Of a DNA stretch of 64,000 nucleotides, positions 27,368-40,403 are shown one piece after another. A program made the position numbers and the translations under genes. Under the pieces are notes generated by a model that searched no databases, had not been told where the DNA came from, and saw nothing but the letters and a program-made list of their open reading frames with translations. This stretch comes from Aplysia californica (taxonomy: Eukaryota): the NCBI RefSeq assembly GCF_000002075.1, contig NW_004797691.1, forward strand, positions 608,279-672,278. Reading direction: 5' to 3'. Each line of letters starts with the position of its first letter. The first letter of the stretch is position 1.

Positions 27368-30300
27368 GACACAAGGACTCAGATATGGCACAACAGATTC
27401 TATGTTATCTATATCGTTGGTGCATTTCGCTATCCGCGTATTGAGCATTCAGATACTTTCCAAAAAATTTTAAAAACCTTTTTTATTACTCTAGTACGCG
27501 TATTAGCCTCTTGATTTTTACAATTTATGTTTAAGTTGTCATGAACTATTGATGCTAGTTAAAATGTGTGAGCTGATTTTTAAGATTGTGCTCAGATCAA
27601 ATGTCTTTATACCGTAGTTTTCAAATTTTGTTCCATACGTGGATAGCAAACTGCAATGAGGATAAATTGCTTTATTGAAATGTTTCTATGTAATTTGTTC
27701 ACATTGGTGCAAAGCCGCCCTGGTGCTGTGATGAAATACTAACTCATTGAGATGGTGTGGGCCCCATGTGACCAGCAAATGTGTCAAAAAAGCTTTGCCT
27801 TTTTATACTCCCTTTACTGCCGTAAGCTGACAAAGCGCCCTTTTTTTTTATTCACTGCAGTTTCGAGATAAAGAAGTTTTTTGCCAGCATACCATTTAAA
27901 AAAGGCGCTCTCCTGAAAAGGGAATTCTAATTCATTCAAAAATTAGTTACAGCTTCACTTTGATTTTTTTGACACAAGTAGGATAACTGATCAGGCTTTT
28001 GATTTAGCAAATAAAAAAAATTTGGCACCAGAAATGAAAAAAGGGGTTTTGTCATCTTACAGCAGTTAACATTTTGCAGAAATTGAAATAAACTGCTCTG
28101 TTTTTGGGGGGGTCGTTTTTTTAAAATTTCTATGTATTTAAGTAATTTTTTTAAAGAAATTGTTCAATTTCGTTTCCTTATGAAAAAAGAGTGCTTGAAA
28201 TTTGAGTGCTTATCTTTTTTGTTCATGTTTAGTATAATTATGAGTACTGCAAATAAAATTCTGTCTACGGCTTTTGCCCTTATTTCGGGATTGTACGCAA
28301 TTTATATTTTTACACCTTACATTGTTGCGTCTATGGGTCGTACATTGGCATTCAGAGCACATTGTCTCAATGAGTTAAAACATTGGTGTGTACCTTTAAT
28401 TTTGTTACTGTATTGAAAAATGTAAGCAAATAATTAACCCCGTCTCTACTCAAGCTGCAGTGACAAATCAACCTTTTTGTAATTTTGCCACATGTGTGAT
28501 GGCCGTGACATGAACGATGAGACAGATATATATAGTCTTACCTGTCCCACATTGTCCAAGAAAAGTACTCATCTAAGACAGAGGGTCTTCTTGGACTGTG
28601 TCATTTTGATAAAGAAAAAGTGCAAGGGTGGAAGTTGGAGGTGGTTGTTTGTACAAATGATTGTCGTAGACAGTTGGTCATTTGGGCAGGTTTTACTGTA
28701 TATATATATATATATCCACATTCATGAATACTTTTATTATTGTCCAGTTTTCTTATTTATGGTTGATTTTCTTTTCATTGGCCTCTCAATTTCATTGTGA
28801 GGGTTTTAAATTGTGGCCTCCGGAAATACTTGTAAAACTAAAGATTATCCAAAAAGCAGAAGGGAGATAAGGTTTTTCAGAGAATATGATAACCGTTTTA
28901 TGTACCCTTCTAGCCTGCCTTAACCCATAAGACCTAAGCTCCTGTGTGTCGACAGTTAAATATACCCACTGTATTCTGAAGTGTGCATTTGATACACAGG
29001 CACATACTCAAGTTTAGAGGATTAATATATTATGTTTATGCACCATATGGATGCCACGAGATTAGAAGCAGATTTGATTGAAGATTTCTTTTTCACAAAA
29101 AGGTGCACTCTGTCTTCTCTCAACAAATACCCCAGATCTCCTGTCTGAATGGAAATGTTTGGCCTTACATAGACAGTTTCCTGAACAACTATTTTTTCAC
29201 TTTCATACATACAGTGTCTCCTCAAGACAACAATTAGAACAGACATGCAGCTTTTACAGAATGGCATCATGCAGAAGAGTTAACGCTCAGATGCTGCTGG
29301 ATCACTAGCAACAACAGCAACTACATACATACAGTGTGACCAAAAGCCTATGTAGTGAATGTCGCCATTATATTTTTCTTTCCCTTTTTATAAACATAAT
29401 ACATGTCTGGGACTTTGTGTCTTTGAGCACTTGTTCATCAGCATCCGCCTTGTGGTCAGACTTACAACACTTATGCAGTTGTGAGCACCGTAAAACTCTT
29501 ACGGTACTAAACTAAGGCAAAGAACAGACTTAACTTCAATCCAGCTCTGAGACAGAAAAATAGCAGTCAAAAATCAAAATTGTCTTGAATGGCCGCCCTT
29601 TGTCAAGGTGAAAGGTGTCTGTCTTTGATGGGTGAATGTCCTGGATAATGTCATTGTAACATAGAAAATATGTTTGGGGGGGGGGGGAAAGTGGTTGTGT
29701 GAACAGGTGATTGTCTAGGACATGTGGCCATTAGAACAGGTTCAATATATAATTGTATTTCAAGTAGACCACTTTTTTGTTGTTGTCCAATCTTGTTTGT
29801 TAAAACTACTGGAGACAGAGAAATAAGTATGAGATTGTTAGTACTTTGATTGTGATTTCTTTTATCATCTAGCGTAGAAGATAACCTGTCATTTATGTTA
29901 CAAAATTGACATATTTTTCAGAACTATAATAATAGATAGATTATTTAATAGATAGCATTTGTATAACGCAAATTCCTGCTCAGCAGCAAGCTCTATGGGC
30001 TTTACAATCTGTATGTATCAGCTATAAAAGGTCAATCAGAATGTTAGCTGGCATCCAGGAGTTTTCCAGTGCCCCTTCTACAGTAGGCATAAATAAGGAA
30101 GCTTTCCAGTGCCTATTGTACAGTAGGCATAAGGGAGCTTTTCAGTGCCAAATCTTATTTGCTAAATGCCATCTAAGCTTCAACACTGAGATGCCTCTAG
30201 AGTCGTTTGGAATGTAATTTTTGCTAGTATTTAATGATTAGAACCAAAATTTTGGTTTTAAAAAAAAAGAAGAAGACCAACTTCAGACTTGTGCTCTCCC

Positions 30301-30821
30301 TCCAGTGGGCTGTTCCTGTACCAATGCTTTATTCTTAAGTGATTGTTTTTACATCAGACAAATGCATTTAGATTTAGAGAACGCTTTATTGATCTTTTTT
30401 TTTTTTTACTTTTGTGACAAGTTTCGTTATTGGTATTAGCCTGTGTATCTTAATGTCTCGCTCATTTTATCTATGACACCACTTGAGATTATTTACTGGG
30501 GTTTTGTACCATTTACGGAGTTTACTTTTACAGCTATTGCTGTGGCTGTTTATGATTGCTGCCATGACAAGAACTCCTATGTAGTATTCATAATTTTTTC
30601 GGAATCTTCTGTGTTGTAAGATGCAAAGCTCTCTAAGAAAGCTCGGAGCTGAAATGAAAGTGGGCAGTAGCTATGTATGAACATTTTTTTAATTAAGCTT
30701 CGAATATTTTAGATACCCTTATTGATTTTTACTACACTGTTCTTTTGCTGTGCATCTTGCCAGTTGAGGATTTGTGATATACCTGGTGTGTGCAATATGT
30801 CTCCATTTGTATAAATGTATG

Positions 30822-30827
30822 AATAAA
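30822..30827 (+). terminator. Candidate distal polyadenylation signal of TMEM144
   Basis: AATAAA followed ~15 nt later by a T-rich tract; other AATAAA sites (e.g. ~28009) are also possible. Confidence 0.3.
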
Positions 30828-31544
30828 CATTGGCACATTTCTTTTTACGTTGAAGGGAAAGTCAGCTCATAAAATATATTTTGGCGAAATCATTTGAGTA
30901 GTTGTTTGAAGTGTTATAGGCATTTCATACTAAAAGGCTTTGAATATTATCATGTTTCTTACTGTCGCTGTGTTTTGTTTTTGTTTTTTTAGCCCACATG
31001 TACGCTGTTTCTTGTGTTTGTTATTGGCTTTCACGCAACAAGGACCAAGTAATTTTAGATACTTTGGGTTGCCTTAATTATAAACTCTTTAAAATATGTG
31101 ATGATAACATGCACTCCAAAATGAAGATAATCGGATATCTTAATTAACCTGTCCTGCCACACTATAACTTTTTTATAAGTGTTTCCAATAATTAATGTTT
31201 TTTGATGGGCTATTTCCATAATTTTCTCATCATTTAAATTTTGAAAGTATTTTCTTCTTAAGGCTGTATGTAAACTTAATACTCCAAATGTTGAAGGCCA
31301 ATTGACCCCAAGTTTCGTTCTGTGGTGGCGCAACTTTGGTTCAGTTATATATCATCAGACATTTTAACTCCCTCACAAATGAGCTCTAGTTCCTATTTTT
31401 ACATACTACTATCTGAAAATGAATAGATTTATGGTGTATTAACTGGGTTTGCCTTTTCTCAAGCATTTTCCAAAATATTGTGGTGAAAACATGTTATTTT
31501 TCCTGACACCAGAGGTTATTGATAATAATTGCTAGCCACACTTG

Positions 31545-31770
31545 AGGGTTCAGTGACAGTGTAACTGGTGTCTGTGGGGAACTTAACCATTGCATGCAGA
31601 AGAAAGGAGTTTGATTCCCGTGTGGGGAGAATTTTTATTGAATATCTGCATGTTTCTGTTGGGAAGTTGAATCTCCCAATCCCACAGGTCGGCTCTTGCT
31701 GGCAGGGTTAAAGCAGCCAGCCTCCTAAATTATCTAAATTGTGTCGATTGAGATGTAAAACACAAAAAAC
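31545..31770 (+). mobile_element. Older degenerate SINE-like repeat (family C); related copies ~21875-22050 and ~38000-38140
   Basis: Shared CATGCAGAAGA..TCCCGTGTGGGGAG head and CTAAATTA(T/C)CTAAA..GTGTC tail. Confidence 0.55.
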
Positions 31771-33449
31771 AGCCTGTAAAAGTTAAGTTGTGTGTCATAC
31801 AAATTTGTGTATGCAGTAGGCTTACTGTACTTTAAGCACTTACGGGTTGTCAGAATATAAGTCATGGTACTTATTTGTTTGTCTTATAGAGAAAGGCACA
31901 GCGGTCTGATGGACCTGCCCTGGGTGCATTGATGTTGGTCCCAGTGGCTATGGAGGATAGAAACACTGCCCTGTGCATGATTTTCTTTAATCTTATTATG
32001 ATGTTGACAGAGCAAGATACAGCGAGTACAGGGATCTTTAGATTTATTTCTTATTATGTCTTGTGTAAAATGGACTATGATATGGTGAGAACAGGGAAAG
32101 CAAATGTATAAAAATATATGCGAGATGTACAGTATTTTCTAAACATCATCTTGCTTATATATGAGTTTGATTCCCATCTTCAGTTGAAACCCTGTGGATT
32201 TGTTTTTTACACTGGCAGTCAGAAACAACAGGAAGAGAGTCAAGAAGTGGAACTGTTAGAGGTATTTTTCTGCCATTTGCTCACAGATTATGTGAACTTT
32301 GTCTCATGAATTTTGCCTAATGTGCGTGGGCGTCTTCCTCTCTTTCATGTTTCAAAAATGTTTTAATGAATGTACTAACTGCCAAAGGATAACAGGTTGA
32401 AATTGTATTTTGATCATTTACAAATCAGCATTTTATCAGGTGCCCAGTTTTTACTATCATGGTTTTCTTAATGGAACAGGCAACCCGGTGAATTTGATGA
32501 ACACGAAGAGAGTGTTTTATTCAACCGTTTGTTCATTTTTTGTAGGTCTCATGTTTTTACCAGTTTTGAAGTAGTAAATCAAAGTCAGTTTTTTTAAAAT
32601 TGTGTTGTCTCCCATTGCTAACAATATGTTCCAGGTCTTAATATTGTAGATCAAGCAAATTTCTTATTCAGACTTGGAACATTTTTATTTCTTGGCATCG
32701 AGGAAAAGGCTTAACTAACAATCATAACTGAATCAATAACAACCACATGGAAACAAAACTCTTATTGACTTTCTTGGGAGCATAACAATAACATTTACTA
32801 CCTTGTTGACACATTTTCTACATAACTTACCAAACTGCACCAGATTGGGATATGAGGTAAAAAAAACTTGTTGACTGTTGACTATTGGATTCAACTACAG
32901 CATCTTATGAAATCCTATTATCACTCTTGCATTATCATCAGTTTTTTCATACAATGTAGTGCACACATAGCAAACATGCACATAATGAAACACTCATAAA
33001 GCGAACAGATTTTCATGTCCAGAGTTTTACTTACTTTTTTTTTTGTGTGTATTTAAAACACACACGGCAGTGCGAAATTTGTACTTGCCAGAAAAGATTT
33101 CTATGTCTGGTCATTTTTGCTATGTGCATGTTACACTGTATTTACATTCAGTCGTTAGATTTGGAGTGAAACCCTGTGTTCTGCCTTGAGGCTCATGACT
33201 ATTGTTATTGTGTTTACATATATATATTATGTATATATAGGAGAGTATAAGTTTGCCCCTTTTCCTCACCTAATTGCCAAATGGTATTTGTCGGGGTCTT
33301 GCATCCAGCCATCGATATGCATTAAGCTTGCCCTGTTTTTCCAATTTGTATAAGTCTATTTGTGTATAGTCCTCATGTGTAACAACACACAGGCTGGAGT
33401 GTGTATTTCAATTTTGATATAACTAACACTTTATGACTTAAATTAAATG

Positions 33450-33635
33450 CAGTCAAAATTGTCCAAGATGGCCACCCATTATCAAGGACAAAAGTGGTTG
33501 TCCTAGACAGGGGATATCTTGAACTGTGTCATTATAATATATGTTTTTAAAAACACAAAGGGGGAAGTGGGAAATGGTCATTTGTTCAGGTGATTTTTTT
33601 GGACAGATGGCCATTTGTTTGAGCAGGTTTGACTG
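33450..33635. mobile_element. Short Tc1/pogo-like MITE (related copies ~24317-25230, ~28520-28700, ~29564-29750)
   Basis: CAGTCAAA.. start and ..CAGGTTTGACTG-TA end; shared GGCCAC/GGACAG internal motifs. Confidence 0.6.
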
Positions 33636-36461
33636 TACTTAAAACTTAAACTGAAACACACAGGGTGAACTTCCTATTTGTCTTTACATTTCCAGTCTTT
33701 ACATTTCCAGTCTACTGTATTTGGNNNNNNNNNNNNNNNNNNNNNNNNNNNNNNNNNNNNNNNNNNNNNNNNNNNNNNNNNNNNNNNNNNNNNNNNNNNN
33801 NNNNNNNNNNNNNNNNNNNNNNNNNNNNNNNNNNNNNNNNNNNNNNNNNNNNNNNNNNNNNCATGCAACTAAATATGGGAATCATATCATTTTACAATCT
33901 TTCCTTTAAAATGTCACACAAAGAATCCGGCCGTGAGGTGCTTCTGCAAAGAGAGAATATGACAGCTATACAATGAAAGAAGTTTGTGAGAATGCAATTG
34001 AAATGTGATTATTATTTTGAAGACAATGTTTGTTTCTACTATGATCTCTGCAGGCATTCACTTAAGGATTGTCTGCTGTTGACTTTTGTTGTCCAGACGC
34101 TGGCACACTGATAAATGTTTTACCACACACGCACACACACTCACACACACGCACGCACACACATTCTCTCTTCCACACATATGTAGCTCTACACATACAC
34201 ACATGATATATGCTTACTCTCACTAACCCACAGTCACACACATATATATGATATATAAATGAAGTGGCTTCTATCCAAAGGTATCTAGCTAACTGGTCCC
34301 AAAGGTTCTCTTGAGGACGAATCCTGTAATGATGTTTAATACTTGTACAGACAAAACTCAAGAAAAGCCATCGCTTTGCCTTTCAACAAGTAAAGCTGTC
34401 CGTGCTTTCATGTTTGTTTGATGTTGTTTTTTTTGGGGGGGAGGGGGGGGTCTATTTCAAGATGAGAGTTGTAATGGTTTCAGTGTGAATGAATATTTGT
34501 AGTGTGGGAAAATGTAAAACCGTGGCCTGAGATACACAATGCACCATATATACTCGCGATTCTATTTTAAATATGAGGCCCAAAAATAGACCCTCGTATT
34601 GTACACACAACATACTGACAGCATCAGCCCCAAGAAAAGTAAATAGGCTTAATGCCAAATAGGGTTTATTAAAAATCTGCTTATTACAACACATTATCAT
34701 TATGACATTCTGCTTGGATTACCTGCCACTCCAGTCTCACAAATTAAATCAATCTCAATGCAACAAACAACAGTTAAAACACAAGAGGTAAAAACACTAT
34801 TTTGATACGCAACTAGTACTTGATTTCACACATGTTGAGCCCCCTCAAGCATGGCAAATATTCACTGGATATTATATACGCAACCTACAAAAATGGGCTG
34901 ATTGTAGGGTCACAAAACTTGTTGGTTTTTTTGAGTAAAGAGAAGCTTATGAAACGGTCATTTAGTGCTGAGAAAAAAAAAAGTAAGATCGACAGACTAA
35001 AACAACAGAGGGGAAAGTAAACAAGTTAAAAGGACCTACCCAGTGGCGCCCTGCTACCACCCACTGAGTGAAAGCATACCCCTGGATTGTGCTAAAGTTT
35101 GTGTTATAGGCGAATACTGTATTTTTTCCCCCCCTTCAACAGAAATTACCTGTGTGAACCTCATCACGAAGGCCAACATATATAATACAATATAATATAA
35201 GTGTGCGCCAGAACATGTATACCCATTGTGAACAAACTACCCATGATGGCCCTCTGATGGTGCCAATGTCTCCTGCTGGGAATCATACAGCATGTTTTCT
35301 ATGATAATGAGTGTATGTTGTGCATGCTTGTTGTACATGTGCAACTGTGAGAAGAAACGTGTGAAATGTACACAGGACTTAAGTGTGTGTTTGTGTGTGT
35401 GTGATTTATGTACACTAATGTTGTGTGTATATAATACATACATGTACACTTTTTTTTATTATGTGTGTATGCATAAGTGAGATAGGTGTACTACAGAGTG
35501 TTTGTGTATTGATAACTGTCTTAACAATCTCTTGAGAGGAAAATTTGTGTAGGAATTTATTTATTTTTTTTCAAGAGGGGATATTTGAGGTTGGTTAGAA
35601 AAGCCAATGGGTTCTTTTTGGAGTTTTTAAATATCTCCACCCACTTGACCCTGTACTTTTGGAAGGACATTAAATTTTGATTCAAAGGCACTGCCTCTTA
35701 AATAATCGTACAATGTTCATTAGTCTTGAATTTTTACGATCTATCTATATATTTTTTTTTCCTTGTAATTGACTGTTCTAAATATTAATCTACTGATGAA
35801 AGCAAAATTCCAAAAAAGGGCGAGTGTTTTTTGTTTTTGTTTTTGTTTTTTTTGTTTTTGTTTTTTACCTGCCTAGTTACAGTATTTTGAAATAAGGTAC
35901 CGGTATAGAATTGTTAGAGTACGGTAATTTGAAATATAAGGTAATGAATTTGAATAGTTAGTGTAACTGCAAACTTTGCAGATTGTTGCATGCATGTTGT
36001 GAATCCTGTTCTAAAAAAACCTCTCAACATCTTTTACTCTGCAGACTTTACACCGAAATGAGAACCACATGATCCAAAATGAGTGTCACAAAATATATTT
36101 TCAGCAAAAGTTATGTTAGTTGATGATCCCCTTAAGTGGTTATAGTTACTTTTTGTGTCTCTTGAGATACTGAAATCAAATATTGTTTATTTAACGTAAG
36201 AATTCTGCAACTCAATATGTGTGACAGCCACTGATGGTCATGTAATTCTTGTCGTGGCTGAAAATGCAATTACAGTACACTGTATGACTGTGAAATCAGC
36301 TGAGAGTGAATTTTCTTATATATATCCAAAATTAAAGTGTTATTTGCTATTATTATGCATTCCCATTAAACATTGAATTGTGTTTCACCCAGAAAGACGA
36401 ATGTGTCATAATTTCTGTACTGCACTATCAATGTATTGTATTGTCATACTCATATACCCAA

Positions 36462-36978
36462 GGGGGGGCTCTTGTGGTCTAGAGGTTAAAGTGTTCACCT
36501 CTCATTCAATAGGTCCCGGGTTCAAAACCTGACAGTAAAGTAATGGAAAATTTTCTCCTTTCACCTCCTTTTCTGCTCTCTAACCACATTCTGTTGTTGT
36601 CTGCTTTCATTTCCACTTTCTGCCCTGCCCCCCCCTCCCCCCCCCTCTTGCCTCTTCCTCTTTTCTGCCGCCTTTCTACTACTACTCCTTGGATCCTTCT
36701 TCCAGCGGTCTTTCAGCCACACCCCTGATTTTAGTGTAGGTGAGATCTAACACCTAGCCTTCTCGGACAAGGGTGAAAAATCATCAGAGGTCGCGTGTGT
36801 AAGTTGTGCACGTTAAAGATCCCTTGGTGATCCTAATATCAATGAGAGTAGGCTTCGGTGGCCACCTGGGCAAAATTATAAATTAATTCCTACCAAACTG
36901 AAAATGTTTAATGTATCCTGCACGCTCATATGACTTAATGCAGTTGCAGGCGCTGCAAAACACTTACCGGAAAAAAAA
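36462..36978 (+). mobile_element. SINE family B copy
   Basis: Collinear with the other family B copies. Confidence 0.83.
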
Positions 36979-38533
36979 CCCAGAAATTAAAGTTCTGGAT
37001 ATTGATTGATTTTTATATGGGCTACTTCTTTTGTGTTAAATTAGAAACCGTGGTTTTAAAAAATTCATTGTGATAGTATTTAAAGGTTCAAAAAAATTTG
37101 ATATATTATATATGATGTTTTTGTCTAAAATGTGTCCTCATTTGGGCACTAAAATCAGTGAAAAAAAATTGACCAATTCAAGGCAAAATTGCTATCCTAA
37201 AAATAATCATAACTTTTGAACAACTAAAACTAAAGATATAAATTTACACAGTAGAAAAGCATGATTTTCTGGAGGGCAAGACCTTTTTTAAGTCTATTTT
37301 TGTAAAAATCTACATATCGAAACAATTTGAAATTTTCACAGAACAGCCTATTTAAAAAATTCTCATCCTCAATTATGTTTCTGATTTAGCCAGACAAATT
37401 TTGTCAACTATAATTTTCTACCCTCTTAAAGAAAAATGTTTAAATGACTCGGCACAGAGCCCCTATGATGATGAAATATTTCAAACATTATATTTATTGT
37501 ATATCCTGAAAAACTAGATTAAGAACCAGGAGGAAGATCTGATTTTCATTGGTGTAGTTCTTAAACCCTTTGAGCCCTAACCACAGGTACAGCTGTGAAT
37601 GAGGCTCTATTCTCAACTTGGCCCACCTGGGACAAAATGTGCACAGAAAACTGTTAACCATACAGGACGTTTTTGATTATATTTTGAAGATCTTTCTGAA
37701 TAAGATGCTGGTAATGACAAGGACTACCCTATGTGGGATATGGAATGTGATTCTGATGATGATATGAATGAAGGCGTAAATCACTCTGGAGTTCAGGCGG
37801 AGGGGGCACAGTAGCCTCGCGAAGTCAGGGCTTAAATGGTTAAGAACACAAGTCCATTGAGGGGAAAAAAAGATGGAAGAAGTATGTATTTTTATACATA
37901 CACTGAGGACTACAGCAGCTTGCAGTAGTATTAAGTAGTGGGAAGTTTGCCGGGTTGAGAGAAAAAAGTAATGGGGAATGAAGAGACAATTACGGACTCG
38001 ACCAGCATCTGTGGTGTAATAGTTAAGCTCTTCAATGTTGCGCAAAGAAGCATGAGTTCAATTCTCTTGTGGAAGTTTTTTGTTGAAGCAGTCTGCTTCC
38101 TAAATTATCTAAACTGTGTCAGCGGAAGGAATTTAAAAAATATACTTTTATAATATGAAAAGAACTCGTGCAACATCTTCTGAGACCACCTGTCAGTCTT
38201 CCATGTCCGTAAAATAAAATAAATATTTTTTAAAAGATATTGAAGATTCCATGTTTGTCAACAGTGTGAATTTCAGTTCTTCCACTTTCATCAAAGAAAT
38301 AAATCACTAAAAAAACCTTCATATAATTTTCATGAGCTTTTAATCATCAGCTTATGCAGTATCAGCAGGATATCTAGAGCCATGTGAGTATGAGAGTGGT
38401 TTTTGTAATTTCGCATCTCTCACTCTCAGATAGCTAAAATGCATACACAGGCCTACATCGGTTAATTCTTCAATTTGAAAGAGAGGCAGGGTTATACAAA
38501 ACAGCATGGCAGATACTTCTGATAACGAAGTTG

Positions 38534-38866
38534 AATAATAATAATAGAGATAGCATTTGTATTGTGCAAATCCCCGCTCAATAGCAAGCCCTCTGCACTT
38601 CACAATCTATACTACATGTATTACCCCAGCAGACCTGAGAGCATTCTGAAACAACCTCATCTTTCTGGGAAGCATACAGTGCAGGCAGCCATTTATAGGC
38701 GCTAAAAACTAACATACCGCCAAGATCTTTCACTGGTTATGGCCGGGTACTCATTCCCACCTGGGTGAAGTGAGGAAAATTCGTGTAAAGTGCCTTTCCC
38801 AAGGACACAACGTCGGGCCCGCGATCTTGCAACCTCGCGATTATAAGTCCGGTAGCCTAACTACTA
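38534..38866 (-). mobile_element. SINE family A copy
   Basis: Reverse complement of 4300-4639, including the near-identical core GAGGAAAATTCGTGTAAAGTGCCTTTCCCAAGGACACAACG. Confidence 0.82.
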
Positions 38867-40328
38867 TTTAAGTTTCCGCTTCATTTTGTTTAAACATGAA
38901 TAGAGAAAAGGCTGCTCTAAGAAAAAACAGGTATCAAGGAAACAGTAAAAAAAAAAACTCTTTCTTGGCGTTTTTCAGAAAAATCATTTTACAAAGGCAT
39001 GGTGTATTGGTAAACACCGCTGTAGTCATCCTACATTAAAAAAAACAAGTAAAAAACAGATAAGATCATACCCACACCAGTGGTGGTCACCACAGTGCAG
39101 TGTCCTGTTTTAGAGCTAGGACATAAGCTAGAGACCGCGAAATTCACAGAGCTACAGTCAGTCTGACAGTTTCATCGTCTGGAATTAGCAAAGCATATTT
39201 TTCCTTTGACTTACGAAAACAAGCGAATTTGTTGAATGACAAAGAAAATTTGGTTTGATGTGGTCCTGCATCTGGTACTGATAACTGTTTTGACTGCGAG
39301 AGTAGTCTCAAGATCCAACTTCTTCAAATGATGAGTCCACCAATTATCGTAAAACACAATGATAAAATATCGGAGTTCGAAATTGTAGTCTCCTACGGCA
39401 AATTATATTGTCACACTCATAAGATAAACGCCTAGAGGTCATTTTGAGCCATTTTGAAAAAAATTAGAAAAAAACTTTCTTTTAAACAATTGACCCTGTG
39501 AAACACTTGAATTTTGGTACACTCACTTGATTTTATATTTGGATTTTTTTGTCCAAGTGAACTAAATTACCAAGCTAGCTCTGCTCTTCATTTCAGAACC
39601 AAAAACTCCAACTCCAACTAACCAGTCATAAATGACTCCGGCAATTATCTTATGAGCGTAACAATATGAAGCAGTCTTAAACATCCGGCAAATCACTTTT
39701 GATAAAGTGATCGTAAGAGACGAGCTATGCAGCAAGGTGTTTAGTCTACTAAATATATACATGCGCAGTTGTCAACTTTTCAAAAACCGAAAACAGACAC
39801 TAACCAAGCAAGGGGTCAGGGTGGTGGGCATTGGTCAAGTGACCTCCCTCCAACCTTTCACACACACTTTTCTGTATTCAACAGATTCAAGCTATTCAAA
39901 GTTGACCCGCAGAAAATGATTTTTCCAATTGACTATTGGGTTTTGTTCTCATTATTATTCACAAATCTCATCAGAAAATTCATAATTTTTGTTCAGCATA
40001 AACATGTCAGTGAGGAGCAATACTAACTAAAAATATGAATACATATTTTTAAATACAAAAATGCACTCAGAGCCTCAACAATGTAGTAAACACTTTTTTT
40101 TTTAACATACTGATTGGCATCTATGAACATGATTCCAAAAAGATCTTACTAAAACAACCATAACAGGGGAACAGGAAGACTGTTGTAGAGCAAGTATCTT
40201 CACAACTCTGACATCTTAAGAAATTCTACGAAAATTATAAAAAAAAGTAAAGCACTGTCACACAGCTTTTTCTCTCTTTTTTGAGGATTAGTCTTGGTGT
40301 ATGAAATTCTTTACAGTTTGTGTTGGTT

Positions 40329-40403
40329 CTAGCTAGGCATCTCAGGACCTCCATTTTGATAGTTTCCCGTCATCGCTGCATTGCTGAAGTCCATGCCTGG
40401 GTT
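40329..40403 (-). CDS. NUDCD2: NUDCD2 last coding exon (NPGMDFSNAAMTGNYQNGGPEMPS*)
   Basis: ttttccacag| acceptor; TAG at 40331-40329. Confidence 0.93.
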   Translation of the reverse strand, partial: NPGMDFSNAAMTGNYQNGGPEMPS

